DNA of 64,000 nucleotides from the human T2T-CHM13v2.0 reference genome, Homo sapiens: assembly GCF_009914755.1 (NCBI RefSeq), contig NC_060934.1; one strand, given 5' to 3'. Every line of letters begins with the position of its first letter. Position 1 is the first letter of the stretch. The notes under the pieces are model-generated. The model did not search any database. It worked only from the letters and a program-made list of their open reading frames with translations, and was not told the DNA's origin. A program made the translations under genes and the position numbers. Of this stretch, positions 35,255-50,119 are shown in pieces.

Positions 35255-35720
35255 TGTCAATTTACTCCTTCTACAATTTTATATTGAGTGCTTACTAGGT
35301 GCTCTGCTAGGTACCAGGAAACTATCCAAAATTTAAAATGTGAACAAAAGAGATCACACACAAAAAATGAAACAGGATGACATGAAAGAAGAGTGTGTCT
35401 GCTGTAAATGGAGTGGTTAGGGAAGAGCTCTCCTAGGAGGTGACATTGGGTCTGAGACAATGCGAAGGAGCCAACTATGCAGAGAACAAGATTCTAGGCA
35501 GACGGAACCATAAATACCAGTACCATGAGCCCAGGCATAGTTCCATGTAGTGGCTGAATCCTGTAACCAAGGGGAGCAGGCAATGAGATAAGACTGTACC
35601 TGTAGATGGGGCCCAGGCTGTGCAAAACCTTGTGGGCCAGGACAAAAGGAGATGAGGTTTTATTCTAAGAGCAACAGGACGCCACTGGAGTGTTTTATGT
35701 AGAGATGACTTGACATCATT
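35255..35720 (-). mobile_element. L2 LINE fragment
   Basis: TATTGAGTGCTTACTAGGTG...GGAGGTGACATT..GTCTGAGA...GAAGGAGCCAACTATG...GCCACTGGAG. Confidence 0.75.
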
Positions 35721-36512
35721 GGATTGACGCAGGGTAAGCATCTTCCAGAACAGTACCTCTTTTTGTCATTGTGTCTTTCAAATGCTGAGAAAATGTTTTG
35801 CATGGGTAGACCAAGGGAAGAAACAACTCTGCTAGTGAGTCCATAGAAGTAGATGCAGAGACCAAAATCCTGTTTTACAATGCACTGGGCTTTGAAATGC
35901 CTTGAAAATATTCCCAGCCGATTCCTGACTCTTTAGGGCTGCTTTCAGCTCACTTGAGCTGTAATGAAGGTGGCCCTTATCAGCCTGAGCTTGAGCTGCC
36001 TTAATTAGACCAGATTCTCTATCTTTAAATTGGTCTTACATCAAAGCGAGAGTTATAATTGCAGGTGAGTTGCATTGTTATGTAGAATACAGCTGCCAGC
36101 AGGTTGTGTTAGGATTATTGAAAAGCAATTTGCAGGGAGGTCTGTGGGGGAAAGGTAGTTCACCTCACTAAGCCTAAAAAAAAAAAAAGAGCAATAGATA
36201 GCTGGAGGTCTTGGAAAAACATGTTTAACAAGAGGTATTATTCAGTATTTTACCAGCTCTATTTTGCATGCACATCTGGCTTAAGCCACTCCTGGCTCGG
36301 AAACACTGGGCTGTTAAGTTCCACGTTGTTAGAGGTCATTACTGGTCTGCATTTGATATGGCTGAGGGATTGGTTTGCAGGGGTCAAAATAGGTTATCAG
36401 GAGAGCTCAGGCAGCTGGAGGCAATTCTGAGGCTTTTCACCAATTCCCTACTCTTAAGTTTTGGAACTGGGAGATTTTAGACTTACAAGGTACTCGTGGA
36501 AGACACTTGTCT

Positions 36513-37450
36513 AGGCTGATTCCATAACTTGGCTACTGTGGATAGTGCCGCAATGAAAATGGGAGGGCAAACATCTCTTCGACATGCTGATTTCAAATAT
36601 TCTGGTTAAATACCTGTAAGTGGGATGGGACAACATGGATGGTGTGTTAGTCCGTTCTCACGCTGCTAATAAACACATGCCCAAGACTGGGTAATTTATA
36701 AAGGAAAGAGGCTTAATTGACTCACAGTTCTGCATGGCTTGGGAGGCCTCAGGAAACTTACAATCACGGTGGAAGGGGAAGCAAACACGTCCTTTTTCAC
36801 ATGATGGCAGGAAGGAGAAGTGCAGAGCTAAGGGGGAAAAGCCCGCTTATCAAACCATCAGATCTCATGAGAACTCACTCACTATCATGAGAACAGCATG
36901 GGGGATTCAATTATCTCCATCTGGTCCCACCCTTGACACACGAGGGTTATTACAATTCAAGGTGAGGTTTGGGTGGAGGCACAGAGCCAAACCATATCAG
37001 ATGGGACTGGAGGACATTATGCTAAATGAAGTAAACAGGACACAGAAAGACAAATGCTGCATGTTCTCACTTGTATGTGTAATCTTAAAAAAAAAAAATG
37101 AACTCGAAGAAGCAGAGAGTGGAAAGATGGTTACCAGAGGCTGGGGGTGGGTGGGGAGAATTGGGAGATGATGTTCAAAGAGTACAAAGCCTTAATTAGA
37201 AAGGAGAAATAAGCTTTTTTCCCTTTGAGATATATTGCAAAGTATGATGAATATAATAATGTATTGTACATTTCAAAATCACTAAGAGAGTAAATTTCAA
37301 ATGTTCTTAGTACAAAAAAAGATAAGTATTTGAGATGATGGATCTATTAGTTTATTGAATTTTTCCAGATTATATTCATAAATCATAACATCACTTTGTA
37401 CTCAATATATATGACCATAATTTGTCAATGTATAATTAAAAAATTAAAAA
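36513..37450 (+). mobile_element. L1MA-type 3' end with 5' inversion (36513-~36627 antisense; ~36628-37450 sense), interrupted by THE1
   Basis: Antisense TTCCATAACTTGGCTACTGTGGATAGTGC...AGTGGGAT joined to sense ACAACATGGAT...CTGGAGGACATTATGCTAAATGAA; TSD AAGACA(C/T)TTGTCT at 36500-36512 and 37451-37463. Confidence 0.85.
36643..36999 (-). mobile_element. THE1 solo LTR (THE1C/D-like)
   Basis: TGTGTTAGTCCGTTCTCACGCTGCTAATAAA...GCCAAACCATATCA; perfect TSD GATGG (36638-36642, 37000-37004). Confidence 0.95.
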
Positions 37451-37747
37451 AAGACATTTGTCTTGATTTCTTTGTTTTGAAGGACGATTGTTTTCGTGTG
37501 ACCAGTTACAAAGTCTCATAGGAGAATCTTTTCTTGTCAGTGGAGGGAGATTGCCATTCAAGCCCTGTGGAAAATGTGGACATGTTCCTAGGTTTAGGGA
37601 ATTGAGGGGATTAGTGAGTGGCTTAGTCATAAAAGAAAATGTTTCACAACTTAGAAAAGACTGCTCAAGTGAAAGGACTCTTCCAATTCCAAAGCACAAC
37701 TTTTTTTTTTTTTTGATATCCAAATACTGCCTTTGTTAAATGAGATC

Positions 37748-39394
<1,647 letters not shown>

Positions 39395-40584
39395 TTAAGG
39401 GAGAACCGTGTCCCTTCATTAACTACTGGTGCATATTTCTTTGCATATTACTTATGATGACCAAGAAGAGAGTGTAGGAACTAGTCAAAGAATAGATTTC
39501 TGGGAGTTTGTCTTAATTTGTTGTTGAATAAGAGAAGCAAACTAATTGTTCCTGTCACTCAACCTGATTTGATACAGTCTCTGCTAAATTAGAAGCTATG
39601 TATCAGATCTCCCAGAAAATATTCAGAGATGCATAATAAGAAACCTTAATGAAGATACATGGATGCATTTCCCCACCCCTTTCCCACGTCATGGTTTTTA
39701 GAGCCATTTGCAAGCTTGAAATATAATAGTTTCTCCCAGCAAACTCTGACCATTGGCGACATTGATAAAGTTGTGTTGTCTACAACTGTGTCTACAGCCC
39801 ACTCAAACAAATAATCACTTCAATGAGCTGGAGGGTGGGGGCAGCCATCCATCAAAGGTTTGGAACCACTCCATTGTGTAGCTGAATTTTTCACTTTTCA
39901 ACTGTTTGTTCTGGTGGTGAACAATCTTGGCCTCTGGGGAAGTAGGTGACCTCTTGCCTCTTAAGTTGAGCTAATTTCCCCAGGCAGGAAGGCAGCTTCA
40001 TCTCTACAGGGTTTAGGCTTGGGGAAGGTGAGGTCAAGTTAGTCACCAAGGACAGGGAATCCAGGCCTTCACTCCAAACCACATTCACTTTTCTGATCAA
40101 ACTGGCTCATATGATTCCAATTATTTTTCCATCCTCTCCAAGGGCAGTGGGCCATGGGGTAGGCTGATGACCTGTGAAATTTCAATTTTAAAAAATGAAA
40201 CTGATTTGGATTTATTAAAAAGTCAGCCCATTTCTCTGGTTCTGTGTAGATGTACAGAGGACAGAAAAGGCTGCCAAAAAACTGGGTCCCCTTCGAAGAC
40301 CAGCAACCCCCCAGCCCCCAGCTTTGGCAGCCACCTCGGGTCAAATTTCTATGCCCAGGACACATGGAGAACTCTCCTATGACTTGATAGAGGAGCAGCC
40401 TGAATCCCCAGAGCCATACATGCACTCATGACCACATCAGCAGTATAACCTGGGTGAAGTTGTGTGAGGCTGAGCCACTGCAGACATCCTAGAAGACGTG
40501 GGTTTGTCAGAGCAGAAGAGACTTAGGTCAGGACCCACTGTGCTCTGACCTCCACCTCTTGCTTCTTTCCTTCCCCCGTTTCAG

Positions 40585-40641
40585 GCTGATATTACTGAAT
40601 GTGGTGTCTGCAGGAACTGGGAGTCTGTTCTGGACTTCTTG
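40585..40641 (+). other. Candidate 57-nt internal exon (unknown transcript)
   Basis: Upstream CTGAC branch-like motif, long pyrimidine tract ending TTTCAG (40584); donor TTG|GTGAGT; no transcript evidence available. Confidence 0.4.
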
Positions 40642-40824
40642 GTGAGTGCGTAGGCTGGGCAGGGAGAAAGCATCTGAATATGCTGCTGTTCCACTTGGAA
40701 CTTTCCCCTTCCTCCTCTCAGACTCCCGTATTGACTCATCTGTGACACAATCTGCATGCTCTTTGTCTTATTGGCTTCACCCTTCCCTTAGAAAGCTGCT
40801 CAGTTGTTGGAGTGTGATAAACTC

Positions 40825-41060
40825 AGTGTATAGATACATGCCCCAACATGGATAGATCTTCAGAACATGATCCTGAGCTTAGTAAAAACAAAATAAATAA
40901 AAATAAAATACACAGGATAAGACACTATGAAAAGTACACACACGTGAAGCAGCAATATTTATGAAACAAAAAGATCACCTTAAATGCATTAGAAGAGCTG
41001 CCTATGGGAGGAGAGGAATGGAAATGGGCTATAGAAATACAAAGAAGAAATAAAACAAAC
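40825..41060 (+). mobile_element. Old L1 (L1MC/ME) 3' fragment
   Basis: CAACATGGATAGATCTT..AACATGAT...GCCTATGGGAGGAGAGGAATGG. Confidence 0.5.
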
Positions 41061-41399
41061 GAACGACTGAATCATTCCACCAGTGATGATAATGTACCAT
41101 GAGCTGAAGAGTATGATTAGCTCAACCTCCTGTCCTAAGCAGAAAGTGATGAAAAGTGATGCCATGTTGACCATCTTCTAATGATAAACATGAGGTTGAG
41201 GATCGAAGTGATGCCATGGTGCCAAGATTACCAGCTCAGCCTGGATCATTCCATGCTCATGGGCTGCATATCCAGGCACAAAGGAGCTCACCAGGGGAAG
41301 CCAGGAGACATGCTCCCTAGCCCAACAACTTCCAGAGGAAAATGATCAATTCAGAGGGGACTGTTTCTCCTTTCCCGACCACAGACCCTTCACTGCCAC

Positions 41400-41900
<501 letters not shown>

Positions 41901-42245
41901 CATAATGATGATAGTAATAAATCTTGCCACAGGGAGCATTTTTGGCTTCCTTATGTAAGCCTTGCTCAGAAGCTCCAGTTTTCTAGTTATTCTGAAGACT
42001 GTGGTGTCCAGCCAGACAACATGAAATTAATGAAATCAAGGAAGCCCTCTGAGATTCTGGAAGATGGAATATTCTTTGTCTTCTCTCCAGTCTGCAGAGA
42101 ATCCTAAAGGGCTGGCCACAGCAAAGGAAGTCCTGGCAGCCACATCAGACACCAGGGTGAGCCATCTGAGTCCAGAATCTCAGCAAGAAGGAGGAGCTAG
42201 GAGAGAGAAAGAGGAACCATGTGCAAAGTTAAGAATGAGTAAAGA

Positions 42246-42543
42246 GGCCAGGCGCGGTGGCTCACACCTGTAATCCCAGCACTTTGCGAGGCTGAGGTGG
42301 GTGGATCACAAGGTCAAGAGATTGAGACCATCCTGGCCAACATGGTGAAACCCCATCTCCACTAAAAATACAAAAAATTAGCCGGGCGTGGTGGTGGGCA
42401 CCTGTGGTCCCAGCTACTCGGGAGGCTGAGGCAGGAGAATCACTTGAACCTGGGAGGTGAGGTTGCAGTGAGCCGAGATTGCGCCACTGCACTCCAGCGT
42501 GGCAACAGAGTGACACTCCGTCTGAAAACAAAAAAAAAAAGAA
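42246..42543 (+). mobile_element. AluSc, full length
   Basis: GATCACAAGGTCAAGAGATTGAGACCATCCTGGCC; 15-bp TSD AAGAATGAGTAAAGA at 42231-42245 and 42544-42558. Confidence 0.95.
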
Positions 42544-42599
42544 AAGAATGAGTAAAGAATAGCTGGTGACCCAGACTGTATGCTCATCCCTAATGGTAC

Positions 42600-42810
42600 A
42601 TACAATTCTCTTAGAGTCTTCATTGTACAAAGCACTTTAATACTTCTTATCTCATTCGAGCCTCTTGACTCTCTTCTGAGGGCGTACAGAACTCTCCCTT
42701 TACAGATGGGAAAACTGAGGCCCAGTGTGTTCCAAGGCCAGGAAGAACATTAGTTGTAGATCTGGGCCTAGAACTCAGGCATTCTGATTCCCAATCCAGA
42801 GTATTGTATG
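42600..42810 (-). mobile_element. MIR SINE
   Basis: TTTACAGATGGGAAAACTGAGGCCCAG...CTAGAACTCAGG..TTCTGATTCCCAATCCAG. Confidence 0.75.
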
Positions 42811-42824
42811 GTAATAATGGTCAT

Positions 42825-43075
42825 AATGATAATGACAGTTACTACTCACAAGTGTCTACGTGAGCCAGGCACTTTTTAAGAGGGTTTGTGTTTTATTTAA
42901 TCCTTATAACAGACCTATGATATGAATGTGCTTACTGTCCTCATTTCATGAATAAAACAGCTAGGGCTCAGAGAGGCTAAGTAACCTACCTAAGGCTGCA
43001 CAGCCCAGAAGCGATGGAGGAAGGGCATGAACCGGGATGTACATCACTCCTCTTGCCACCTTTTATTGCTATGCT
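42825..43075 (-). mobile_element. MIR SINE
   Basis: GCCAGGCAC...ATTTAATCCTTATAACA...GGCTCAGAGAGGCTAAGTAACCTACCTAAGG..CACAGC. Confidence 0.75.
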
Positions 43076-44189
43076 ACTACCTTGAGGAGTAATTTCTACT
43101 GCCTGGGTCTTCTCAAGGCAAAGAGCTTCCACAGACCCAAGGATGGGTTCATGCCCACCCCTTAATCTAAGTTTAAGAAACAAAATATTGTGTCTGAGGG
43201 CCATGGAGGAAGAGGTGGCTGTAGTTTCTGCAGCTAAGGGCTCTACCGTCTGAACTTGGAGACCTGACTAACCAGAGATCTCTATGCTGCACAAAGAAGT
43301 CATTCTGAGGTGGGCTGGCATTCTAGGGAAGTTTTTGGGGTGCCAGGACCTCACTTAGTGTTCCATGCCTCTTTGGTTGACTATCTAAGGTTCACTGGAG
43401 TTCAGCATGTCACCAAGACCTCCCTCCCCTATGGTCTAACCTTCATAAAGACTACACTTCAGACTGTGGATTCATCATAGGAGCTGGTGTAAAATGGCAG
43501 GATTGGGTCTAGAAGAGCCTCACTCTGAAGGTAAAGGCAAATCTCTGTCAAGAGAAGTCAGGATTGAGTCAAGTATATCTTGACTCTGCACTTAATACTC
43601 ATCCATTTCTTAAATTTGCTTTTCTTTTCCTCCATTATCCTGTTACCCCCAGCTTGGAAATGCATAGAGATGACAGAGCTGCAGTCATTATTGAACTAAG
43701 ATGAGAACTAGATGTCCACACCTAAGAACACAATTTGTCCAAAAGGACCTGGGAGATGGCAGGGGGTGACCACAGAGGGTTACTCTCCTTGCTATATCTG
43801 TGTCCCTACCCCCAAGTCATGCTTTTATTTTTCATCTGCTCATTGCTGGAAAGTCTTTGTGAAAGAAAGAAGGAATATGGGCTAGGACCAATGATGGATA
43901 AGATTTGGAACACCAGGAAGACTGGGAAGGGTGCTGATGGGGAGAGTGTATGATGCCTGTGGAAGTAAGAGGTGGCGAAGGGCAAGGTGTGATGGGCTTA
44001 GGGTGGGCACCAAGTTTGGCTGGAGGGGTAATGGCTCATGGAAAGGGAGAGGCAGAGAAGAGCCAGAAGGAGGCTTTGAATGCCAGGAAGTACGTTAGAC
44101 TTTTGACTTTCTTTGCATTCCCCAGAGCATGTGCACTAGAACTCTGGTTTAGCAGCATGCAGAAAGAAGTTCTGGGGGGCGGGGGGAGA

Positions 44190-44420
44190 AAAGTCTGCTC
44201 AAATAACTTTTAGAAACACTATGTTAAATTAAGTTAAATTAAATGGGTTTCTTTATTGCAGCATTTGTCACAACCTTTATTATAAAAATGTACCATGTGA
44301 CTCTTCATTGGGGGAGGGTAACTTATACAGCATTTCTCAAATTTATTCTACCAATAAGCCCATTTTTTTCAAGGTAAAGTCTATGGGATTTGTTAAATGG
44401 GTCACTCTGGAAAATGCTTT
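44190..44420. mobile_element. MER112-like hAT-Charlie element
   Basis: TCAAATAACTTTTAGAAACACT..GTTAAA...GGTTTCTTTATTGCAG...CAGCATTTCTCAAATTTATT. Confidence 0.65.
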
Positions 44421-44710
44421 TCCATATGAAATGGATTGTGGAGTGATTGGGAGAGAGAACCAGAGAGAAGGTAATTTCACTCTTGGTTTACCATGATGCC
44501 TACACAAGCCTCCACCCTCCTCAACCCCAATACCATACCCACCTTTCACCCAGAGATATTAAGGTCTGAGTTCTATGCTTAGTTTTACCAACTTCAGAAA
44601 CATCTCTGCTCTGTAAATGGCAGTAGAAGCTTAAGCCTTGACTTGTGAGTCTTTGCAGGATGCAGGGTACTGACTCTCATTTCAGTTTTGAAATTATTTC
44701 ACCAACCAGT

Positions 44711-44845
44711 CAATGGTTTCAAAACCCTTTGGAGTCATGAATCCGTTTGAAAATTTACTGAAAGCTATAAGCCGTGTTGTGAGGGGGAAGCTCATAGATT
44801 CATAATGTACATAAAATATTAAGGGCTGAGGCCCATCCGTGGACT
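44711..44845. mobile_element. Charlie4z-like hAT MITE
   Basis: GGAGTCATGAATCCGTTTGAAAAT..CTGAAAGCTAT...GCCCATCCGTGGAC. Confidence 0.55.
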
Positions 44846-45379
44846 ATGTGCATGCAGTGTAGTCCACACATTTGTCCATCTGTTCCTCTGTTGGTTGCCA
44901 CCATTTTCCCTTGTTCTGGTTTCACTTGGATGCTAAATGGGCAGCCCAATTGGCCCAATAACAAAATTGGCTCTGTGGTCTATACATCATCTCTTTGCCT
45001 GGGGATTATCCAAACTTGCCTGCCTGAAGCCATTTCCTAGGGTGGTAGTGAGGATAAGCACATGGAGAATTCTGAACTTGTTTTTAATTTAACAACTTTG
45101 CTTTCATTTATAGAGAATGGAAAAATGGAGCAGAGATGCCCAAGAGACTTCTGTGCTTCACCTATTTCTAAAATTGGAGAGGGTGGGGACTGAATGGAGG
45201 AGAAGTTTAGTGTGGAGTCTTCCCTGGACATGTTTTCTAAATGCTTTTCCTCAAGATTACTTTGAGGATAAAGTCAAGCAACATATTGTTTCTAAATATA
45301 TTGTTTCTTGGAGAAAGAAGACACACCTAGTAGCAATTCTCCCTGTTCCTCACTTTACTTTCCCTTTTTCTGAATCTGA

Positions 45380-45600
45380 TAGTTTTTATCATTCCTTTAT
45401 TTTTAACCTCCTTGTGTCATTTTCCTTCATCTATCTCTTTGAAGTACCATAAAGTCATTTTGGGATATTTTAAAAATTCAGTCTGGAAGTCTTTATCCTT
45501 TAATATGATGGATTTGATCCATTCACATTTATTGTGTTCACTCAGCTGCTTGGATTTATCCAAACTATTTTTTGTTTGTTTGGTTTTTGACTTGTCAAAT
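45380..45600 (-). mobile_element. Old L1M fragment at the ORF2 endonuclease start
   Basis: Reverse strand ACAATAAATGTGAATGGATCAAAT = TINVNGSN (cf. L1 ORF2 TLNVNGLN). Confidence 0.6.
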
Positions 45601-47059
45601 CTTTCTGTCTTCTCAATCTGTTTTGTATTGAGCATAGGTGATGAGAGAACACATTGTGTTGTCTTTTAATCTTATATAAAAACTACATATGGGTGCTTCC
45701 CTGACTTCCTTAGGAAATCAGGAAATTTTATTCCTTTGTGTCCTGAGTCTCCCAATCTTTATTTTTCCCTGAGGCTTAGAGATCAAGTATAGGAAGGACA
45801 AAACTGCGTACTGAGCCAAGAAGAGAATGGAATGTTGCTCCCCTAGTCTTTCTGCCCACATAGAAATGGGGGAAAGGGTAAGGGATGAGATCAGAGAGAA
45901 CAACAAGCAGAGAAGGTGGAAACAAATGGCTTAAAGATCCACTAGACAGAGTGAGATAAAGCTTCACAATCTCAACCATAGAATTTTATTTACCCAGTTA
46001 GGGACCCTGCTTGGGTGGGAGAGGGATTTCAGCCTTTTGAGTCTTGAGAAATGGCAATAAGAGAAGTGGCTTTCTTTCTGCCCCTTCCCTAACTATCAGA
46101 GCTTTTCTCTCCCATGACTGTGGCTAATGACCCGGCACTTGGAATGCACCCCACGGCTTCCAGATGTCAGCAATTGCTTTTGGTTTCCAGGAGACTAAAC
46201 CAGCCCATAGCTCTACCAGCTTCTTCAATGGTTGGTCCAATAGGCCAGTGGCCACACATTTGCCCTAAATTTGGCTGAGCTCTGGGAAGAAGTGACCAGA
46301 ATTGTGCTGAACAGATTGTGCATGTATGTGTGGCCCAGCCGAAAGCTCATAACTCACGCCCCAAGAGACACAACCCATAACAAGCAGCTGTAAATTGTTC
46401 CATCCTTGTGCCTTCAGGGAGAGGTCAAGAGTTCTCACACAGTTCTTTTAATGGAGGAGGAAGAGTCCAGTTCCCTAGTGCTCCCTCCAGCCTAGAAGAG
46501 CTATGCACACATAGACAAATACTTCAGTGGAAGGATGAGCCACAGAGGCCTACAGCAGATCCAGGGAGCCAAGGTCACCAAGCTTGCTCACGTAGAAGAG
46601 AACCAGGTCGAGCCAGTCAGCCTGGGATCCATGGCAGACTTTATGCTTTGTTCAGATGGAAACTGCGCTTTGCTCTAGGGTGCCTGGCTAAGACTGCCTG
46701 CTGCAAGCTGGCTTGGCCAAGACACAGAACACATACATACAGGCTGGGCTGGGGAAGCCTCACAGTCTGCACACATTGGCTGTGGTTGGGCCATCCAGAG
46801 GCCAGGGCCCTGGATGCAGTTCAATTCAAATGGCATCTATTCAAGACAGGGATCTCTGCTAGGGTGAGCGTTGGGAACCCAGCAGTTTCAAGACACAGCC
46901 CCTAGCCCACCTCACCTTCAGAGCATAACACGGTGTTGGGGAAGTGAGACTCACACATGGACATCAGAAAACAACAGGAGAGCACAGACCAAGAGAACAG
47001 CCCGGAAGAGTGTTCTGTGGGCTGTGAAAGTCTAGGAAGGCACAGGGAGTGATTAGGAG

Positions 47060-47270
47060 GCCAGGCCTGGGCTCCTTTCAGATCTGGGCTTGAGTCTGTA
47101 GTCTGTTTCTGTTTATAGATATTATGGCCTTCGTTAAGGCATTTTCTTCACCTGTAAACCTATCTTATAGGATTTTGTGAATATTAAATAAGGTAATATC
47201 TGTGAAGTGCTTAGCACTGGGCAAGACAAATAATAAGTGCTCAATAAACAAATGAAAGCTATTTTATTCT
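47060..47270 (+). mobile_element. MIR SINE
   Basis: CTTCACCTGTAAA...TAGGATTTTGTGAATATTAAAT...AAGTGCTTAGCAC...TAAGTGCTCAATAAA. Confidence 0.75.
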
Positions 47271-47424
47271 TAGAAGAAGTGATTAACTTCAAGACCTCTG
47301 AGGCATCTAAGGGAGCAGAGAAAGAAAACATTTAAGGAAAGAGGAACAAAGGGCATGAATATAAGTTGATAAAAGGGTCTAAGCCCATAGTGTTTTTTTG
47401 ATAGAGAGCAGTGGCAGGGAGTTT

Positions 47425-47530
47425 TCATGCATTCAATAAATATTGATTAAGTTACTATTGGCCAGGCAGCGTGGAATACAATGGTGAAGTAGGCAGAAGT
47501 AATCCCTGTTCTCACTGGCCGTGTGGAGGA
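47425..47530 (-). mobile_element. L2 3' end fragment
   Basis: CATTCAATAAATATTGATTAAG...GCCAGGCA...ATCCCTGTTCTCA. Confidence 0.6.
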
Positions 47531-47819
47531 AGAATTGGGGGAGGGTGTTGAAATATTCTGTCTAATCTAATACAATATTTAAGTCAAAGCTGAGAGCTTT
47601 GATATGGAGAGGACACACAGTGGGCCTAATGTTTGCCATTATGTATTTTTGAAAAATCTTGTCTTCAGAACTCCATTCCTAGAAATTCAATTATGCAGAA
47701 TGTTATACAGAATTAACCAATATCATGGGACTTTCCGGAGCTCCTGAAAAGTCAAAAAACCCTCAACATTACTCACCACCTAAGGTAGGGGGCATGGAAT
47801 CTGCAGAGTGGTGAACAGT

Positions 47820-48345
47820 CAAGTGGACTACCCTCTCCCCGCCCACCAATGTTGGTCTGTTCCTTTTCTATTGAGTCATAACAGTGCTGTTTTGTGATTT
47901 GACCACAGTCTAGGGGTAATCTCATCCTTCTACTCAATGGTAGGTTCAGGAATGTTATTCAATTGAAGACAGTGCAATGCAATATGGGAAGAGGTTGCCT
48001 GGAGGCTTTTGAGAAAGTCTGTCCTTCTTGTCAATAAAGGGCTTTCAGAGAGTATCATTCTATGCTATCTCTTGACAGACATAACAAGACACCTCACTCT
48101 GACTGTTACCAGCCCTATTACAATCACGAGGGAAGCTGCCTTAGGAGGACACCTACTCCATGGATGCCAGAGTGAGATATGGGAGAAACATGGGTCCCTG
48201 GTGATCTAGTTGATCCTCCAGAGACAACTGTAATCCCAGATACCTCTGGACTTTCTGCACTTGGGGTATATGATACATTCCTTAGTGTTTAAGCCAGTGT
48301 GAATAGAGTTTTCTATTATTTGTAGTTTAGCACATCCTCATGGAC
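47820..48345 (+). mobile_element. Old MLT1 (J/K-like) LTR
   Basis: GGGTCCCTGGTGA...TACCTCTGGACTT...GTTTAAGCCAGT.TGA..GTTTTCT.TTATTTGTAG. Confidence 0.6.
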
Positions 48346-48559
48346 ACAATTGATAAAACAGAACCAGGGAGTTTGTAAATGGTTATACCTCCAGCTGCCT
48401 TCATCAGGGCTTTGGACACCCCCAGAGGAAACATAGCCCAACTTCTGCTCACCTGACTGCCTACAACATGCTCTGAGGAACACTCATTCTTGTGTGAATA
48501 GAGTCTTTCTAGAAACAACTTGTGGTGATATCAACCTTTTGGATTTAGTCAGATTTAAT

Positions 48560-48780
48560 CATAGCAAGCACTTTTCTAGACCTTGCTATGCATCAGGGAC
48601 TCGTCTGAGCCATTTACATTCTTCATTTAATCTTCTCAACAACTCTGTGAGGCAGGTCCTACCATTATCTACATTTTATACTGAGACACTAACTTGTCCA
48701 AAGACACACAACAAGTAGGTGGCTGAAGCTAGATTCAAATTCAGTTGGTTTGGCTAGAGTCTGTGCCACTAGCTGTCTTG
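48560..48780 (-). mobile_element. MIR SINE
   Basis: TCATTTAATCTTCTCAACAACTCTGTGAGGCAGG...TAACTTGTCCAAAGACACACA. Confidence 0.75.
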
Positions 48781-50119
48781 CTACTCATTTGCAGTGGGTT
48801 ATGGTCCACAGATAATAAGTGTATAAGGAAAGAGGCAGAAATGTGCAAGTAAAATAGAACTCACTTGAAATTATAAAATGGGAAAAACACACCTTTAGGA
48901 TTTCATCAAACTCCAGGGAAGATATTGCTTTGGAGAACAAAGAGTATTAGTTGTCAGGCAGTTGACTGTGCTTGTTTGGCCATTACCTCATCTCTCCATC
49001 ATTTCTCTATGATTGTCTCTCTTTTCATCTCTTCATCTATGTTAAGGACAAGTGAAACAACAATCCACTGTATTAGACAAATTCTGCAACCTCTGACCAC
49101 ATTACTTGTGTAAGAATTCCGTATTTTCATCTACCACACAGGCAAAAAGAAAGCTCTGATATGTAAAAAAGCCCCGTGTGAGCCTTCCACTTCTCTTCCA
49201 AATGGCTCGGGCTCCCCCCACTTTTTTAATTTTGCAAAATGTTTGTGTTGCATCTCCAATTTCCCATGGAGTACGGGCCGGCCAGTTCGTGGAACAAAGA
49301 CTTGTGGGGATGGGATGCCTGGCCTGGCCTGGCCGCCATGGTGGGCTGCAGGTGCTGGGGAAGGCTGGCCAATGGAAGAGACTTCTTGGAATAAGCCTGA
49401 CAAGTTGCTGCTGGCCCAAACCTAGGGCCTCATCTTCCTCCAGCTTGGCCCCAGGTCACCAAAAGGAAATGTAGTTAATTTTCAAATCCCTCCCGGAGCC
49501 AAAGAGAATTCCAAAAAAACAGCCATAAACACTGAAAGAGTCTTGTCTGATTTAGGAAAACATTCCACTGGACTTAAAATGAAATATCCTGTGACTAATC
49601 TCATGTAAGACTGGGAATGGGTCTAACTGTTCGGTGTGGTGGTCAGCGAGGAGACTCCGGAGAGAGACCATGTCCCTCCCCCATACCACTCCAGGGAAGG
49701 CAATAAATCAGCCAGGACTGAGTTTTCAAACAAGGATTGCGAAGGGTTTGCTGTTTGATCCTCAAGACTCCCCTTTTCTCCATTTGTCATTGATTTCCCA
49801 TGAAGAGAGTTTGTGCAACTGAGTCCCCCATGCAATCCTGGCACTTTGCAAGCCAGTAAATAAAATCCAAATGTTAATTCTTATGAGCACAGCGTTCCCT
49901 GCCAAGAAATGAATAATGCGCTGTGAAAGAAACAGCATCCTGCATCCTTGGACGAGGGAACAAGAAGCGGCGGGACAGAGTTGGGGAACAGGGAGTTAGG
50001 AGGGAGGTAAAACCTGAAAGAGAAATGCAAAGGGAAGAGGAAGAAGGAACTAAACCACCTTTTAAGGCATTTGTCTGTCTCCTCAACTTGAGCATAAGCT
50101 CCTTGTGGCCAGGCCAGGC

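Noticed and set aside
46408-46905. 165-aa ORF (+)
   Set aside because: GTG start, no domain signature, no supporting exon structure
48297-48504. 13-bp direct repeat GTGTGAATAGAGT ~195 bp apart
   Set aside because: Does not bracket a recognisable element or poly(A); likely chance
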